Below, piece by piece: positions 10,125-21,909 of a stretch of DNA of 37,802 nucleotides (positions are counted from its first letter, which is position 1; each line of letters begins with the position of its first letter). The translations under genes and the position numbers were made by a program. The stretch is from NCBI GenBank assembly GCA_008369845.1, contig MRSU01009989.1:1-37802 (forward strand). The letters are read 5' to 3'. Source of the DNA: Trichomonas gallinae. Taxonomy: Eukaryota. The notes beneath the pieces are model-generated. The model searched no databases, was not told where the DNA came from, and was given only the letters and a program-made list of their open reading frames with translations.

Positions 10125-11377
10125 TCCTGCATCGTTAAAATTTGCAAAATATTGTCCGTCTGTTTATTCTATATCTATTTCTTTAAAAAACATGACCTAA
10201 ACTTTTTTGACACCAAAAACCCATTGAATTTTTCTATCGCAGTCCCTCAACAACAAAATACACTTATTTATCTATATAATTTATAATTTTCACATCAAGA
10301 AAATATTCAGGTTCTGCACCCAAATTTTGTATAAACTCCCCTTATTAAACAAATACTCTTTATTAATTATATATATTTTATTTTTACTATTTTCTAAAAT
10401 TTTGGGGTTGACACCGATTTTCCGCTCCGTTGACAAAATTTGAAAAGACCCCAAACTAATTAAATAATGCTACAATATATTTGCATTTATAATTTCACAT
10501 TATTACAAAATGTAGGGGTTGTCCCTTGTACCGATGAGCTTTGAAAATTTTCTGTTGTCTTTGTGATAAACCCATTTACACTATACGTTTTAACACTGTG
10601 ATACTGATGGACCACAAAACACGAAAACCTACATTTTTCAATATTTACACGAATTTTGTAATATAAAAAATTAATATTTTGTCGTAGCCAACATACTCAC
10701 TATATGATATATAGCATAATATCTATATTATTCCACAATATACGAGTTACAATAGTTGGATGCTCAACTATTTGAGTATTTGATGCATTCAATGAAATAT
10801 GCATGAATGAAATATGAAATATATAACCAAATGATTCACTAAATTCTTATAGTGTGAAGGTTACAAAACTCTCATTTACATTCATAATATGCATACATGT
10901 ATCTCATTAGAAATTATTTTTAATATTAATTTTATGAGAATACATTATACATCAATAAAATATAGATGATAAAGAATATTATACTAAAAGATCAACCCAT
11001 ATTGTCGATCATTTTACAAAAGATATAATAATGAGATCTTTGCAAAAACGCAACCCATATATTCAACTATACCATCCTCTCCCCCATTATCTGTGGCATA
11101 ACATGTTAAAAAATATCATTCAAATCTTGTACTTTTCTCAGCACATTTTCAAGATTATTATAACGATTAAGTGGGCATCAACTATTGCAACTCTTAGTCC
11201 ATCTGCCACAAACGTTCGCCAAAAGTGATAACATGATAATGATGCGCCTGTAAATAATTAATTATTGACGAATAAATATTTACATGTCAGAAAACAATAA
11301 ATATTTATAGATATTTAGTCGGTCTAAAGAATATATATGTTTTTGAAAATAAAAAATAAAAAAATAAAAATTAAAAA

Positions 11378-13489
11378 ATAATTTTATCTCTTTTTACTGC
11401 TTTATCACTTTCAGCTGTTCTTGGCGTTGATATTGGCGCTGAACAGCTGAGAGCGGCGATCATTCGCAAAGGCCAGGATATAGAAATTCTGCATAGCCCT
11501 GAATCTGAAGCATACTTTTCAACAATATTAACTGCTTTGCCTAAAAAAGGCGAACTTCCAGATATAATTAACGATAGTGACATAAGTAAATTCGAGTTTT
11601 ACTTCAACAATCCAAAATATTTTAGGAATTATCCAAATAACACAATTCGATACGCATCAACACTAATGGCAAAGATACCAACTGAAGAATTGACAGAACT
11701 CGCACACTCGCGAAGACTTTGGGGTAAATCATCGCTTTTTTACGATGATAGACTTTTAATTTCAGGTTTATTGCCAGAAATCGCAATTTATCATGCCCTT
11801 GATCAAATAAATCATTCTGTAATTGAACTGGACCCAAGAGCTCAGACACAGTCATTAGCAATCGTCGTTCCAAAATTTTATCCACAAGCTGAGCGTGACA
11901 CACTTGCTGCAATAGCTAAAGATAATGGATTCGCGCCATACATCACTGACTGCACAAAAGCGGCCGGTTATTGGTATGCTTTACATTATGGATCTAGAAT
12001 GAGCAGAAAGAAGGAGAAAATAATGTTCATATTCTTTGGGGCGTCCAATTTCCAAGCTGGTTTGCTAGAGTTTCGCAGAAGAGGCGAAGCAACTTTTATT
12101 AAAGAAATTGGTTACGCATTCAACGATACAATTGGCGGCCGTGATATCGATGTTCTCATTGCAGATATGCTGGGGAAGAGATATAATAGACCAATAACTC
12201 CTAAAATTGAACAATTATTACTTCAAGAAGCTAAAAAGATTAAAGAAAAGCTTACATTATTAGACACATTCCCAGGAAACATAGAAAACATTGATGAATA
12301 CGGTGATTTCAGTTATGTCGTTACAAAGAAGGAATTAAATCATTTAATTCAGCCAATTATTGTTGTTATGAAGCAGACGTTATCAAGAATAAAGAAACAG
12401 CCAAATAAAGTCCTCTTATTGGGTGGTTCCACAAGAATTCCACTTGTTCAAACAATTCTCAAAAAAGTATTAAATGTTTCAACATTATCTCCAGCAATGG
12501 CAAAAGATGAGCAACTTTCATTCGCTGCAACTCTCATTTCTGCTTCAACTAACTCAGATTATCGTTTACCGCCAATAAATTATACTTCATTACCAATATA
12601 TGAGATGAACCTCAGAACAGAGGACGATACACTTCCATTCGGCACATCATCTCTAATTCCAGGCGAAAAATACTGGGTCACTCAATCATCAGATTTATAT
12701 CCGGCAGGCTCAAGCATTTACATGATTTGGAACCAAGCAGGCGAAAACACAACGTTCAAACAGACAAAAGACGGCAGATGGAGATTTGATTCTCCAAAAA
12801 CAGAACTTTTCCTTCCATGGAAGATCCAGCTCATATTAACTGCACGAAATCTCGTCAATATGGAGCACAAAAAGTTCGAACTACAGAAGACGATCAATGC
12901 CATGGAGCTTCTTCTCCTTCAAACGAGAGAAGTTTTGTCAAATGCAGTTAATTACACGACAGAAAAGGAAAGAAACCTTATATTGAAGGCGACAAATGTT
13001 ACAAACAAATGGTTCGTTAGCCAGAAAAAGTATAACTTAACTACACTCAAATATAGATATAAATTGCTTGACGATGCAGTTGCATCAGTCTTCTCACGCT
13101 ACCAAAACGACCAGCTCCTTCCTGCTGCTATTGCAAACTTCACGCAAGCATGCGAGATGGTTAGGGATAATGTCAGAAAGTGGTCAACTCTCCCTGTAAG
13201 CAGGAAACCAAGTCGCTCTGATTTGAGGAACTTACTGAAATATATGATAGAATCCGAGATGTACCTCGAAGAGAGGAAGAGGATGCAGAGCAAAACTGAC
13301 CAGCTTAAACTGTCTTGGATTACTCTAAATACAAAAACTGAAAAACTGAAGAATTTCGTCTCCGAAATTGCAAACGCAATTCAAACAGGTGAAAAACAGC
13401 CACTGCCGAAAAAACAAAAGTCAAAGAGTAAAAAGGAAGAAGAGGTGTACGTCTATCCTCCGAACTCCGCAAAAGTCACAATTGATTAA
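11378..13489 (+). CDS. Atypical ER Hsp70-superfamily protein (Grp170/HYOU1/Lhs1-like) whose apparent start codon is ATA
   Basis: Frame is open from 11375 after in-frame TAA 11372-11374: (I)ILSLFTALSLSAVLGVDIGAEQLRAAIIRKGQDIEIL, i.e. signal peptide plus phosphate-1 motif. Later IGGRDID, EAKKIKEKL, VLLLGGSTRIPLVQ and an Hsp110-type helical C-terminal half. Confidence 0.8.
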   Translation: MILSLFTALSLSAVLGVDIGAEQLRAAIIRKGQDIEILHSPESEAYFSTILTALPKKGELPDIINDSDISKFEFYFNNPKYFRNYPNNTIRYASTLMAKIPTEELTELAHSRRLWGKSSLFYDDRLLISGLLPEIAIYHALDQINHSVIELDPRAQTQSLAIVVPKFYPQAERDTLAAIAKDNGFAPYITDCTKAAGYWYALHYGSRMSRKKEKIMFIFFGASNFQAGLLEFRRRGEATFIKEIGYAFNDTIGGRDIDVLIADMLGKRYNRPITPKIEQLLLQEAKKIKEKLTLLDTFPGNIENIDEYGDFSYVVTKKELNHLIQPIIVVMKQTLSRIKKQPNKVLLLGGSTRIPLVQTILKKVLNVSTLSPAMAKDEQLSFAATLISASTNSDYRLPPINYTSLPIYEMNLRTEDDTLPFGTSSLIPGEKYWVTQSSDLYPAGSSIYMIWNQAGENTTFKQTKDGRWRFDSPKTELFLPWKIQLILTARNLVNMEHKKFELQKTINAMELLLLQTREVLSNAVNYTTEKERNLILKATNVTNKWFVSQKKYNLTTLKYRYKLLDDAVASVFSRYQNDQLLPAAIANFTQACEMVRDNVRKWSTLPVSRKPSRSDLRNLLKYMIESEMYLEERKRMQSKTDQLKLSWITLNTKTEKLKNFVSEIANAIQTGEKQPLPKKQKSKSKKEEEVYVYPPNSAKVTID

Positions 13490-14367
13490 TAAGCTTGCAT
13501 GGAGATAGAGTCAAACCTGTCTGTCCGCGCGATAAATTGTCTAGATTCAGACAAAGTTGTCTAGAAAGGGAATAAAATATAATACTCTCTATTATGTAAC
13601 AAATAATTATTATATAATTTTATTAATTATCTTTTTCTTCTTTTTAAGTTGCTTTATCAAGAGAAATACAACGATTGGAGCATATAATAATATTAGACTC
13701 ATCATGATGTGCGATTTTTGACGATCTTTGGATATATTTTGATCTAAATCGTAGTAATGCTTGATAAATGCTGCCTGAAATACAGAGAAATTTGTAAATA
13801 TCGAATCATGATGCGAGCGATTTCCTAAATAGTTTGAGATAGAAATTTTTTTGCTATATTATGAAAGTGGATAAACAATATAGATAAACTTTTTGTAGAG
13901 TATACTACTTATATAAGTATTACACATTGCTGTTAATTTATTCAATTTTCAATATATCAAACTCTATATATCCTCTTTTATGGCAAGAATCACTTTTATT
14001 GGATGAGTGTATGTTAACTCTATTATGTTCAAAAAACTATTATATATTTATTTTCAAATCACATTGTTTAGCTAATTAAACTATACCAGTTGCCTCATAA
14101 TAAAGCAAATAATATATTGCTAATCGATATGAAGTTATAAATAAGTTTAATATGAGAGATAATGGAAAAGCAATGAAGAGCTAATTTAATTGAAGATTTA
14201 GCTATTTTATGTGAATACTATGATAGAAAAAGACGCAAAATGGTTTTGGTAAAAATCATGGTCGTATAAGTCACTTTTTGAAATTCCACCTTTTATTTGA
14301 ATTTGCGTGATATTTATAATCCATATCATATAAGCTTTTTAATTTATCGTTTTTAGCATTTTTTTCG

Positions 14368-15675
14368 ATGCAGAAGACGAATCTCCGCGCGGACTATAGT
14401 GCAGCCATTGATGATATCGACCAAAGATTGAACAACCACATGTTTGTCAATTGCTTTAATCTAGTTGATATCTGTGCTATACTTGACTTGACTAGATTAA
14501 ACATTTTGCAAGCAACAACATTATTCAACGATTGCAAAGCAAAATACAAGTCATCGCGTGCATTCAAGATATTCCAGCATACCCGAGTAGATCTTGGTAC
14601 AGATAATTATTTAATTCTTGAATTCATCAAGGCTATTAATTTAAATCTCAAATCTCCAATCATAAAGTCCTTGTATGAATATATAGTAGACTTAATTGAA
14701 CTTCTTACTTACAGACAAGAAGAAATCAATGAATTACGCGAAGAACTGACTAAAAATCGAATTCCTTTTAAGAAATACGATGAATTTCATTCAAAAAGAC
14801 AAACATCAACTGCAATGGCAGCTGATTACACTGCAAAAAAGGAACTTATTGACAAAATTAGACAAAACTTTGCTAATATGCAAAGCAAAAAAGAAGATCG
14901 TCCAGTAGACAAAGAAACAGATACATCTGACAAGCAAGAAATACAAAAATCTGAAAAACCAAAACCAGCTGATATTTCTGCTTTAAGAAACGAGTTTATA
15001 AATCTCAAGAACATGACAGAATCAAACCCAAGTCAAAACACAGCCTCGCAACCAATCTCAAATTCAATATCTGAAATTTCTCTTCCTGAAAAGCCAGCTG
15101 TATCAAATCTACCTAATTCAGCAGAGAATATTAAGAAATTGAAACGCTATGCGAAGAGATCTTTTGACTTTGAAGAAATTTGTTCAATATTACGTGATTG
15201 TGCTGAGGAAAGAGATTTCGAAACAATTACATATGCATTCAACAATGGATACTGTGACGTTATGAGCTCATTCCAAAAAGATATTTTCATGGAAACAGCA
15301 TCTCATGGAAGTATTCCTCTTGCTAAGGCTCTTGTTGCCCTCAAATATGATACAAAGAAGGTTGACAAATTCCGCATGAGTGCATTACACTGGGCTATCA
15401 AAAACTCACATCCAGATTTTGCTGAATATCTTATTCAAAATAAATTATGCGATGTTAACTTGAAGGATTTCAACGAGCTGACACCACTCCACTATGCAGC
15501 TGCAAGAAACGATCTCATTTCTGTCAAAGCTCTTTGCGAAGCTGAAGGAATTAAAATCAACCAAAGTAACTCATCGGGAAAGACTGCATTTGACATGGTA
15601 GGAACTTTTGAAAATGCAGATCCAAGCAAAACCCAACAAGTCAAAGACTATATGACCTCAAAAGGAGCGATTTAA
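14368..15675 (+). CDS. Ankyrin-repeat protein (helical/coiled-coil N-terminus, C-terminal ankyrins)
   Basis: MSALHWAIKNSH, DVNLKDFNELTPLHYAAARND, INQSNSSGKTAFD. Confidence 0.9.
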   Translation: MQKTNLRADYSAAIDDIDQRLNNHMFVNCFNLVDICAILDLTRLNILQATTLFNDCKAKYKSSRAFKIFQHTRVDLGTDNYLILEFIKAINLNLKSPIIKSLYEYIVDLIELLTYRQEEINELREELTKNRIPFKKYDEFHSKRQTSTAMAADYTAKKELIDKIRQNFANMQSKKEDRPVDKETDTSDKQEIQKSEKPKPADISALRNEFINLKNMTESNPSQNTASQPISNSISEISLPEKPAVSNLPNSAENIKKLKRYAKRSFDFEEICSILRDCAEERDFETITYAFNNGYCDVMSSFQKDIFMETASHGSIPLAKALVALKYDTKKVDKFRMSALHWAIKNSHPDFAEYLIQNKLCDVNLKDFNELTPLHYAAARNDLISVKALCEAEGIKINQSNSSGKTAFDMVGTFENADPSKTQQVKDYMTSKGAI

Positions 15676-16547
15676 ATTTCGTTATATGTTTTTTTGTTAT
15701 TATAAAATGTTTTGTTTATGGACATATGTTAGTTACTGCCGTGTACAATGCTGTAGCAGCCTTCCGGGCCGAAAATGTTGTGATTTTAATTTCGGCATGA
15801 TTTAAATTATCATTAAACAAGGTTAAACAGACAAATAGATAGAGATATGTGATGGCTATAACAAGGTGGTTAATTTTTACTTGCGGAAACAATTTCTGAG
15901 AAAACTTTGATAAATTTTTAACCATAACTATCATAGTTAATCGCTAATTAGCGAAATTCCAGCTGCTTATTTAGTGCTTATTATGCTACCATCATAAAAA
16001 TTGCGCCTTGTAAGTTTAATTTTTAACTGTGAAAATAAATTAAAAATACCTCGATATATCTTATATACTAGTAGTATGCTATTTATATATAGGAAAAACG
16101 TCGGTATCTGGACTGTACACTTGAAAAGTTTACGATGAAAAAAATCAAACAAATAAATATGTTAGAATTACCTAAATAGTGATAAATGCTTGCAATATAT
16201 GACAGAATATCAATTTTGAATTTTTGAGAGAAAAAATCGGAATGCAACAAAATTATGATAAAAGTCTTATATAGGGCGATGCATAGGGAAAATCATTACG
16301 ATCGGGAATAATGATTTGTGTGAAAAAGTCCAAATACAGTTCAGAAAAAAATAAAATTTCAATCAAAAGAAAAAATGTTTCTATGACCTTCACAAAAATT
16401 GAAAAGACATCAATTTTTGATTATAGTACTTGCATTCTGATTGACCGAAAATACACTCAAGGAAATTTTGTGGTATCAGATAGAAAAATCTAAGGAAATG
16501 TATACATGAAAAGAGTTTATCATGGTTAAATAAACAAAATTGCATGG

Positions 16548-16997
16548 TTAATGATGGTTGAGGAGCTGTGTGATGTCAGATGGGTCAAAGCTCTTTTGGC
16601 TTGTGATCTGAGAAATGACGATTTCATTCTTGATCTGTGAAGACTTGTTTCCAACAACAGACTGGATATTGAGGTCTTTAACTACTCTGTGGAGAGCTGG
16701 CTTAATATCTTCCCAGTTTTCGGCATACCAGCATAATAAGGCCGATCGATTTCTCTTCGCAAGACGGTCAATATTGAGCTGGAGATCTTGGGAAAAGATC
16801 TTAGCGAAGTTAAGGAGAAGAGGGAATGTGACATGGGAGCCAATTAAGCGGTTAAAATACGCATAAATATATTCAGTTTTCAATCCATTTCTTATTTTCC
16901 TTTTCTCTATTCTTTCGTTATCGCGTTGCGCTTGAGTAGTGTTGCGCTTATACGATTCGGCTGGGAAAACTGGAAATAGAGTATAAGCGTAGTTCAT
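16548..16997 (-). CDS. Hypothetical 149-aa protein with a basic helical domain (…IDRLAKRNRSALLCWYAENW…)
   Basis: Intact ORF preceded by an Inr-like TCATT; motif pattern recalled from an expanded uncharacterised trichomonad family (unverified). Confidence 0.75.
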   Translation of the reverse strand: MNYAYTLFPVFPAESYKRNTTQAQRDNERIEKRKIRNGLKTEYIYAYFNRLIGSHVTFPLLLNFAKIFSQDLQLNIDRLAKRNRSALLCWYAENWEDIKPALHRVVKDLNIQSVVGNKSSQIKNEIVISQITSQKSFDPSDITQLLNHH

Positions 16998-19900
16998 TAA
17001 TGAAAAATAATTTTTTAGAAGTTATTCAATTTTTTGTGAGACGATTTCAAACTCATTCAAAAAAATAAATAAATCATTTATTTTAAATATATCCGATATA
17101 ATCCAATAAAGGATTATATTTTGCTTCATAAAAATTGGCTCAAGTATTTTTGAAGGTGAATGAAAAGTTTGTGAAGGTATTCGAAAATCAGAATTCAAAA
17201 TAAATGTTTGCGTCACTTTTAATTGAATGTTAAAAAAATTTAAACAATCCTGCCACTTGTCTCTGTTTGATCCTTATTTCATAAGACATTATATTTGAAA
17301 ACTAGAAATAATTCACTCAATTATGTAAATTTTTATTTCATTCACCCATTATTTCAAAAAATAATTCGCTTCATCGCTTAAATCTTGCTCTTTATGAACA
17401 ATTATCTAACCTCGAGGAGATGCAGAGATCAATTTCAATGGCATCGTTTTTATATTTTGTTAAATTTACATTTAACTGCTGCGCATTCCAACTTATTAAA
17501 TTACTTTATATGTCTAAATAAGCAAAGGGAATGAAAAGATTTCTTATCAATTTTCAAGATTTGAATTGATCAGTAAATTTTCAATTGTTCTTTTTCAATT
17601 AATAATTTGATATTTTCTGATATTTTATTGTACCTACATTAATAGCCACACCAATAATAATTACACAAAACTTTGTGAATTCTTCCACAAAAATCTGGAT
17701 TATCAAAAAATCAAAGATTTTATACAACAATATCATCATATAAACTTATAAATAATAATATCTTCAGTTTAATTTTTTTTTGGGTATTCCCCGTAGCAAT
17801 GTAAGGAATCGCTTTTAGAGGTACCTATAAGTCATACAATAAGTAAAAATCACATTTATATGAGTTTTATGACTTTCTTTTGAAAGATTTGTTCAAAATT
17901 ATAGAATAAAAATAAACAGGTTCCATTATACATGTTGTATTTAACTAATAATTTCATATTGCTTATTTTTTTCTAACAACAACAAAAATATTTGAACAAT
18001 CAATAATTTACGTCATATTTGTAGTTATTCAAAATAATGATATACCATCAAACTGATTATACATCAGCACTCTTTCCAATTTTATTATATTGATTTAATT
18101 CCTGTTGTTATATCAGCATGAATAACTAATATTATTATGTTATAGTCATTACTATTTTATAGCCATTCCATTTCTGCTTTATTTTTGCTTTTATTTTATT
18201 TTGAATAATATTTTTAACCAATTGATTAAATTAATACTTCATATACAATACCTTCATCTATAGGATTAGAGTATTCGTATAATTATCTTTAAATTTTAAT
18301 AATTAATGTCTTGCATTTTGTTCAACCTAAATTTTTTTCAAAAAAATGTAACTTTTGTGACAGCTTTCAAATTAAATCTTTAGCCATAGTGTTCCTTTGG
18401 CCCATATATGCTTTTTTAATCAAAATCATTATTACACTTCATAAAAGAGCTATTACTTAAATATTGCTCTACAAGAAGACCAGAATAATCTCGCACGTTA
18501 AAGTATAACATTGTTAATGATTCAAAATTCAATTAATTCAATTTTTTAAATTTTTTCTATTTTCAATTCATCTCAATTTTTCTTCCCTTTATTTTTATTT
18601 CTTTGATCGGAGTTTTTGAAAATAAACTCTTCATCGGAACACCATAATGGAAATCGCAACACTTACTTAAATATAGATTTTTGCAGATTTCATATAAAAT
18701 TATTTATTTTGGGTTCAAACATGATTCGTTATACTAATCTGAGAGAATGTATGGTATTTCTAGCTGAAAACATTAAAATGGCCGCTGTCAACTATAAAAT
18801 GCAAAACTTTTGTTAACTGAATTAATTTGTATCCGAAATATTTGTGGAAATTGTATTAACAATCCATATGTTTACTCCAAATATCGTCAAATCGTATGAT
18901 AATTAACAATCAAATTACGGGCTACGGCCCGATTTTATATTCATGCCATGAAATTCTAGTTATTGAATACACAACTAGAGTATATTATAATAAAGTCGAA
19001 GAACACATATTATATCGATGAATTTGAAAAGCGATCAAATTCTTGTTCATTATGCTGCTTTTTATTATGAAAAATACTTCCGTTAACTCCTTTATAAATA
19101 GAATTTTCACACAAGGGACATAAAATATGTATATTTCCTAATAAAATTCTTTTCTTTTTTGATGTTAAAAAAAGGTTTCCCGATTCAATATTCGAATTCT
19201 TGTTATTAGAAGAATTTGGACTATGTAGATACAATCACATAATTTAACTGAATCTTAATCCACAATCCTGCACATTAATTATTTGTTTTACATAAAGTTT
19301 TCTCTCCAAAAAAAACTTTCTAATGCAACTCGCAATCATTCATATGCTTAAAGCTATATTTCACATATTTTGCAATGTTGTTTGTAGAATCATTAGAAAC
19401 TTATATCATGCTATAAATCCAATCTTCTTCAGAGCTTTGGAACTAACAACCATGAAAATGTTTAGTCACCACAAATCTCTAACACTCTCCCGCACATTTC
19501 TAGAATCTATAATGACGCACAAAGACTCACTCAATTAGTGTAACCATTCAGCGATGATTTTATGCATGGATCTCTGGATTTCGAGGTATTTAGAATCAGT
19601 TTATCAATGTTTGTTGACTTTTATGCTGCAAAGGTTTATTTATCATTATTTGATCAACTCGATGCTAAGTCTTTTGTTTCGTTCATGATTCATCAAATGA
19701 AAGAAATCAATGTCTTGTGTGGTTCATATTCTTTAATATTCTCTGTTGTTTCAAACATATTGACGAAGTAATAAAAAAAAAATACATTGAAATGTAATTT
19801 ATCACTCATGCATAACAAAAGATCAACTTCCACATTATAAGGCATAAGTCTATTTTAATATTAATGTCATAGTCAGCACACGTAAATATTTGTCGAAACT

Positions 19901-20587
19901 ATATATTTAATAACAAAAATGTTCCATCCATTAGTAATCAACATTTAATCTGACCTTTTATATTTTATAATGCATTCAAATTGAAATGCACTTTCATTTC
20001 AGTGCTAAAATATAATACAACAACAAAATATATTTGATGGAAATATAAGCATTCATTGTATCAATATTGTGCCGACGCAAAGGCATATGCAGCATGCAGT
20101 GATTCACTGGAAGTGAGTCAAAGAATCAAATGAACTTCTAAAATGAATATGTCAATAATGTATTTAAATATGGAATTTGATGCTCGTAATACTGATTATT
20201 TGCATTATCTTCCCATTGATATGGTTTGTTGTTAATCATATAATCCAGTTGCTGTTGAAATATATTTGTGGATTTTTGATATTTTAATCATATCAGGTCT
20301 ATTTATAATCAATTGAAATATATTAATATAGTATATATTATTACCAAGTTTTCTAGGCGAATTATTTATATTTTGGCCTTTCAATAATTTTACAGTAATT
20401 AGACTTATTTATTTAAAATATGGAATAAAATAAGTGTGTGGATGCTAAATATCAAGTTATTTTCGCTATACAACAAAATATTTAAATAATGACAATCAAA
20501 AAAACTCAAAATTATGACCAATTTTGCTGATATTCGTGGAATTAACATAATTCTAAATTGTGTAGTGAAGAGATTTAAAGATATAAA

Positions 20588-21280
20588 ATGTGGGTGTTTG
20601 ATTATGTCGATTCTCTAAAATTTACACAGCAGAAGGACAACATTACACAGCAATTCAAGACAATCGTTGAAGCTACAAGGCAATTCAATCAGAATACGTC
20701 GACTTCGCTTACAACTGAGGAAAATAATTTGGACAAAATTAAATCTTTAATTGCAAATGAGGCAAATGAGTGCTCAGAACTCTTCAATAGCGTGTATGAA
20801 GCATACAAGAATGCCTTAACTGACGAAAAGAAATACTTGGAGAGAAGAATGCGCGCAATTGAGGACTTAAACGATATTCAAGAAAGATTTTACGTAGTTG
20901 TAAGACAGGCGAACATTTATCATGAGGCTTCTATTGCTTTTACTAAGGCAACTGATAACTTAGCTGCACAAGAACAAAAGATGAGACAAGACTGCGCTAA
21001 AGACCCAACGAGACAGGAGAAATGGGATGAATACATCGAAAAAGTTAAGAATACAAAGAGAGAGGCCCTTAAGACAGTTATTGAATCATTGAAGAAATTC
21101 ATTGAAGAAAAGAAGAAATTCAATGCATACCGCTGCAGAAAGATGAAGGAGAGCTATGCCACATACGGAAAAGCAATGAATGAATACTCAAAATCATTAT
21201 CAGAAGAATACTCAAAACTTCATAATGATATTGATAAAGTAAGATTAGATATCACAAGTGCTATTGTTAAGCATGATTAA
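20588..21280 (+). CDS. All-helical coiled-coil protein, BAR/AH-domain-like
   Basis: 230 aa, nearly Pro-free, K/E-rich heptads; length and three long helices fit a BAR-type fold (inference). Confidence 0.7.
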   Translation: MWVFDYVDSLKFTQQKDNITQQFKTIVEATRQFNQNTSTSLTTEENNLDKIKSLIANEANECSELFNSVYEAYKNALTDEKKYLERRMRAIEDLNDIQERFYVVVRQANIYHEASIAFTKATDNLAAQEQKMRQDCAKDPTRQEKWDEYIEKVKNTKREALKTVIESLKKFIEEKKKFNAYRCRKMKESYATYGKAMNEYSKSLSEEYSKLHNDIDKVRLDITSAIVKHD

Positions 21281-21909
21281 TTCAGTTTAGTGACTAACAA
21301 ATAATTAGATTAAAAAATCTCTTTTCTTTCTATGAGATCTGTGCAATATGGAAATAATATATGTATTGGAAGGAAAGTCGAACACATAGTTAGAATAATG
21401 ATAATATGAAATAAAATTTTAATATGCATTTTTAACATAATAAAACAATAATTTGCGCTATTGTATGATATATAACATATAAACTTTGAATTCTAAAGGT
21501 CTTTGATTTTGATTTGAAATTATTTATTGCTCAAAATACAATAAAATAACTGGAACCGGTATATAACCATGCTTCATATATAGTTATTAGCATGAAGTGG
21601 ATTCTTATGATAATAAGCTTAAATATGGATTACTTTATCCGTATCACATTTGCCCGAATACTAAAATGTTGAAAAATATAACAAAAGTCTCATTTATATA
21701 GCATATATAGACACATATTTATATGTCATATATTATTCGGAAACAATAGTAAATCATATGTAAGTGTAAATATAGTCAATAACATCAAATTTTTGTAGAT
21801 GTCATTTCTTTATCTCTCATCAAGTGAAGCAACAAAAAAGAGAGAAAGTTAGGGCATCTTTAGATAAATATATATCTCATTATTTGTAAAGCAAAATAAA
21901 TATAAGTAT

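Noticed and set aside
13490..13575. Out-of-frame HGDRVKPVCPRDKL after the Hsp70-like stop as a lost RDEL-type tail
   Set aside because: Needs a frameshift, a substitution and a missing stop; too speculative without orthologs.
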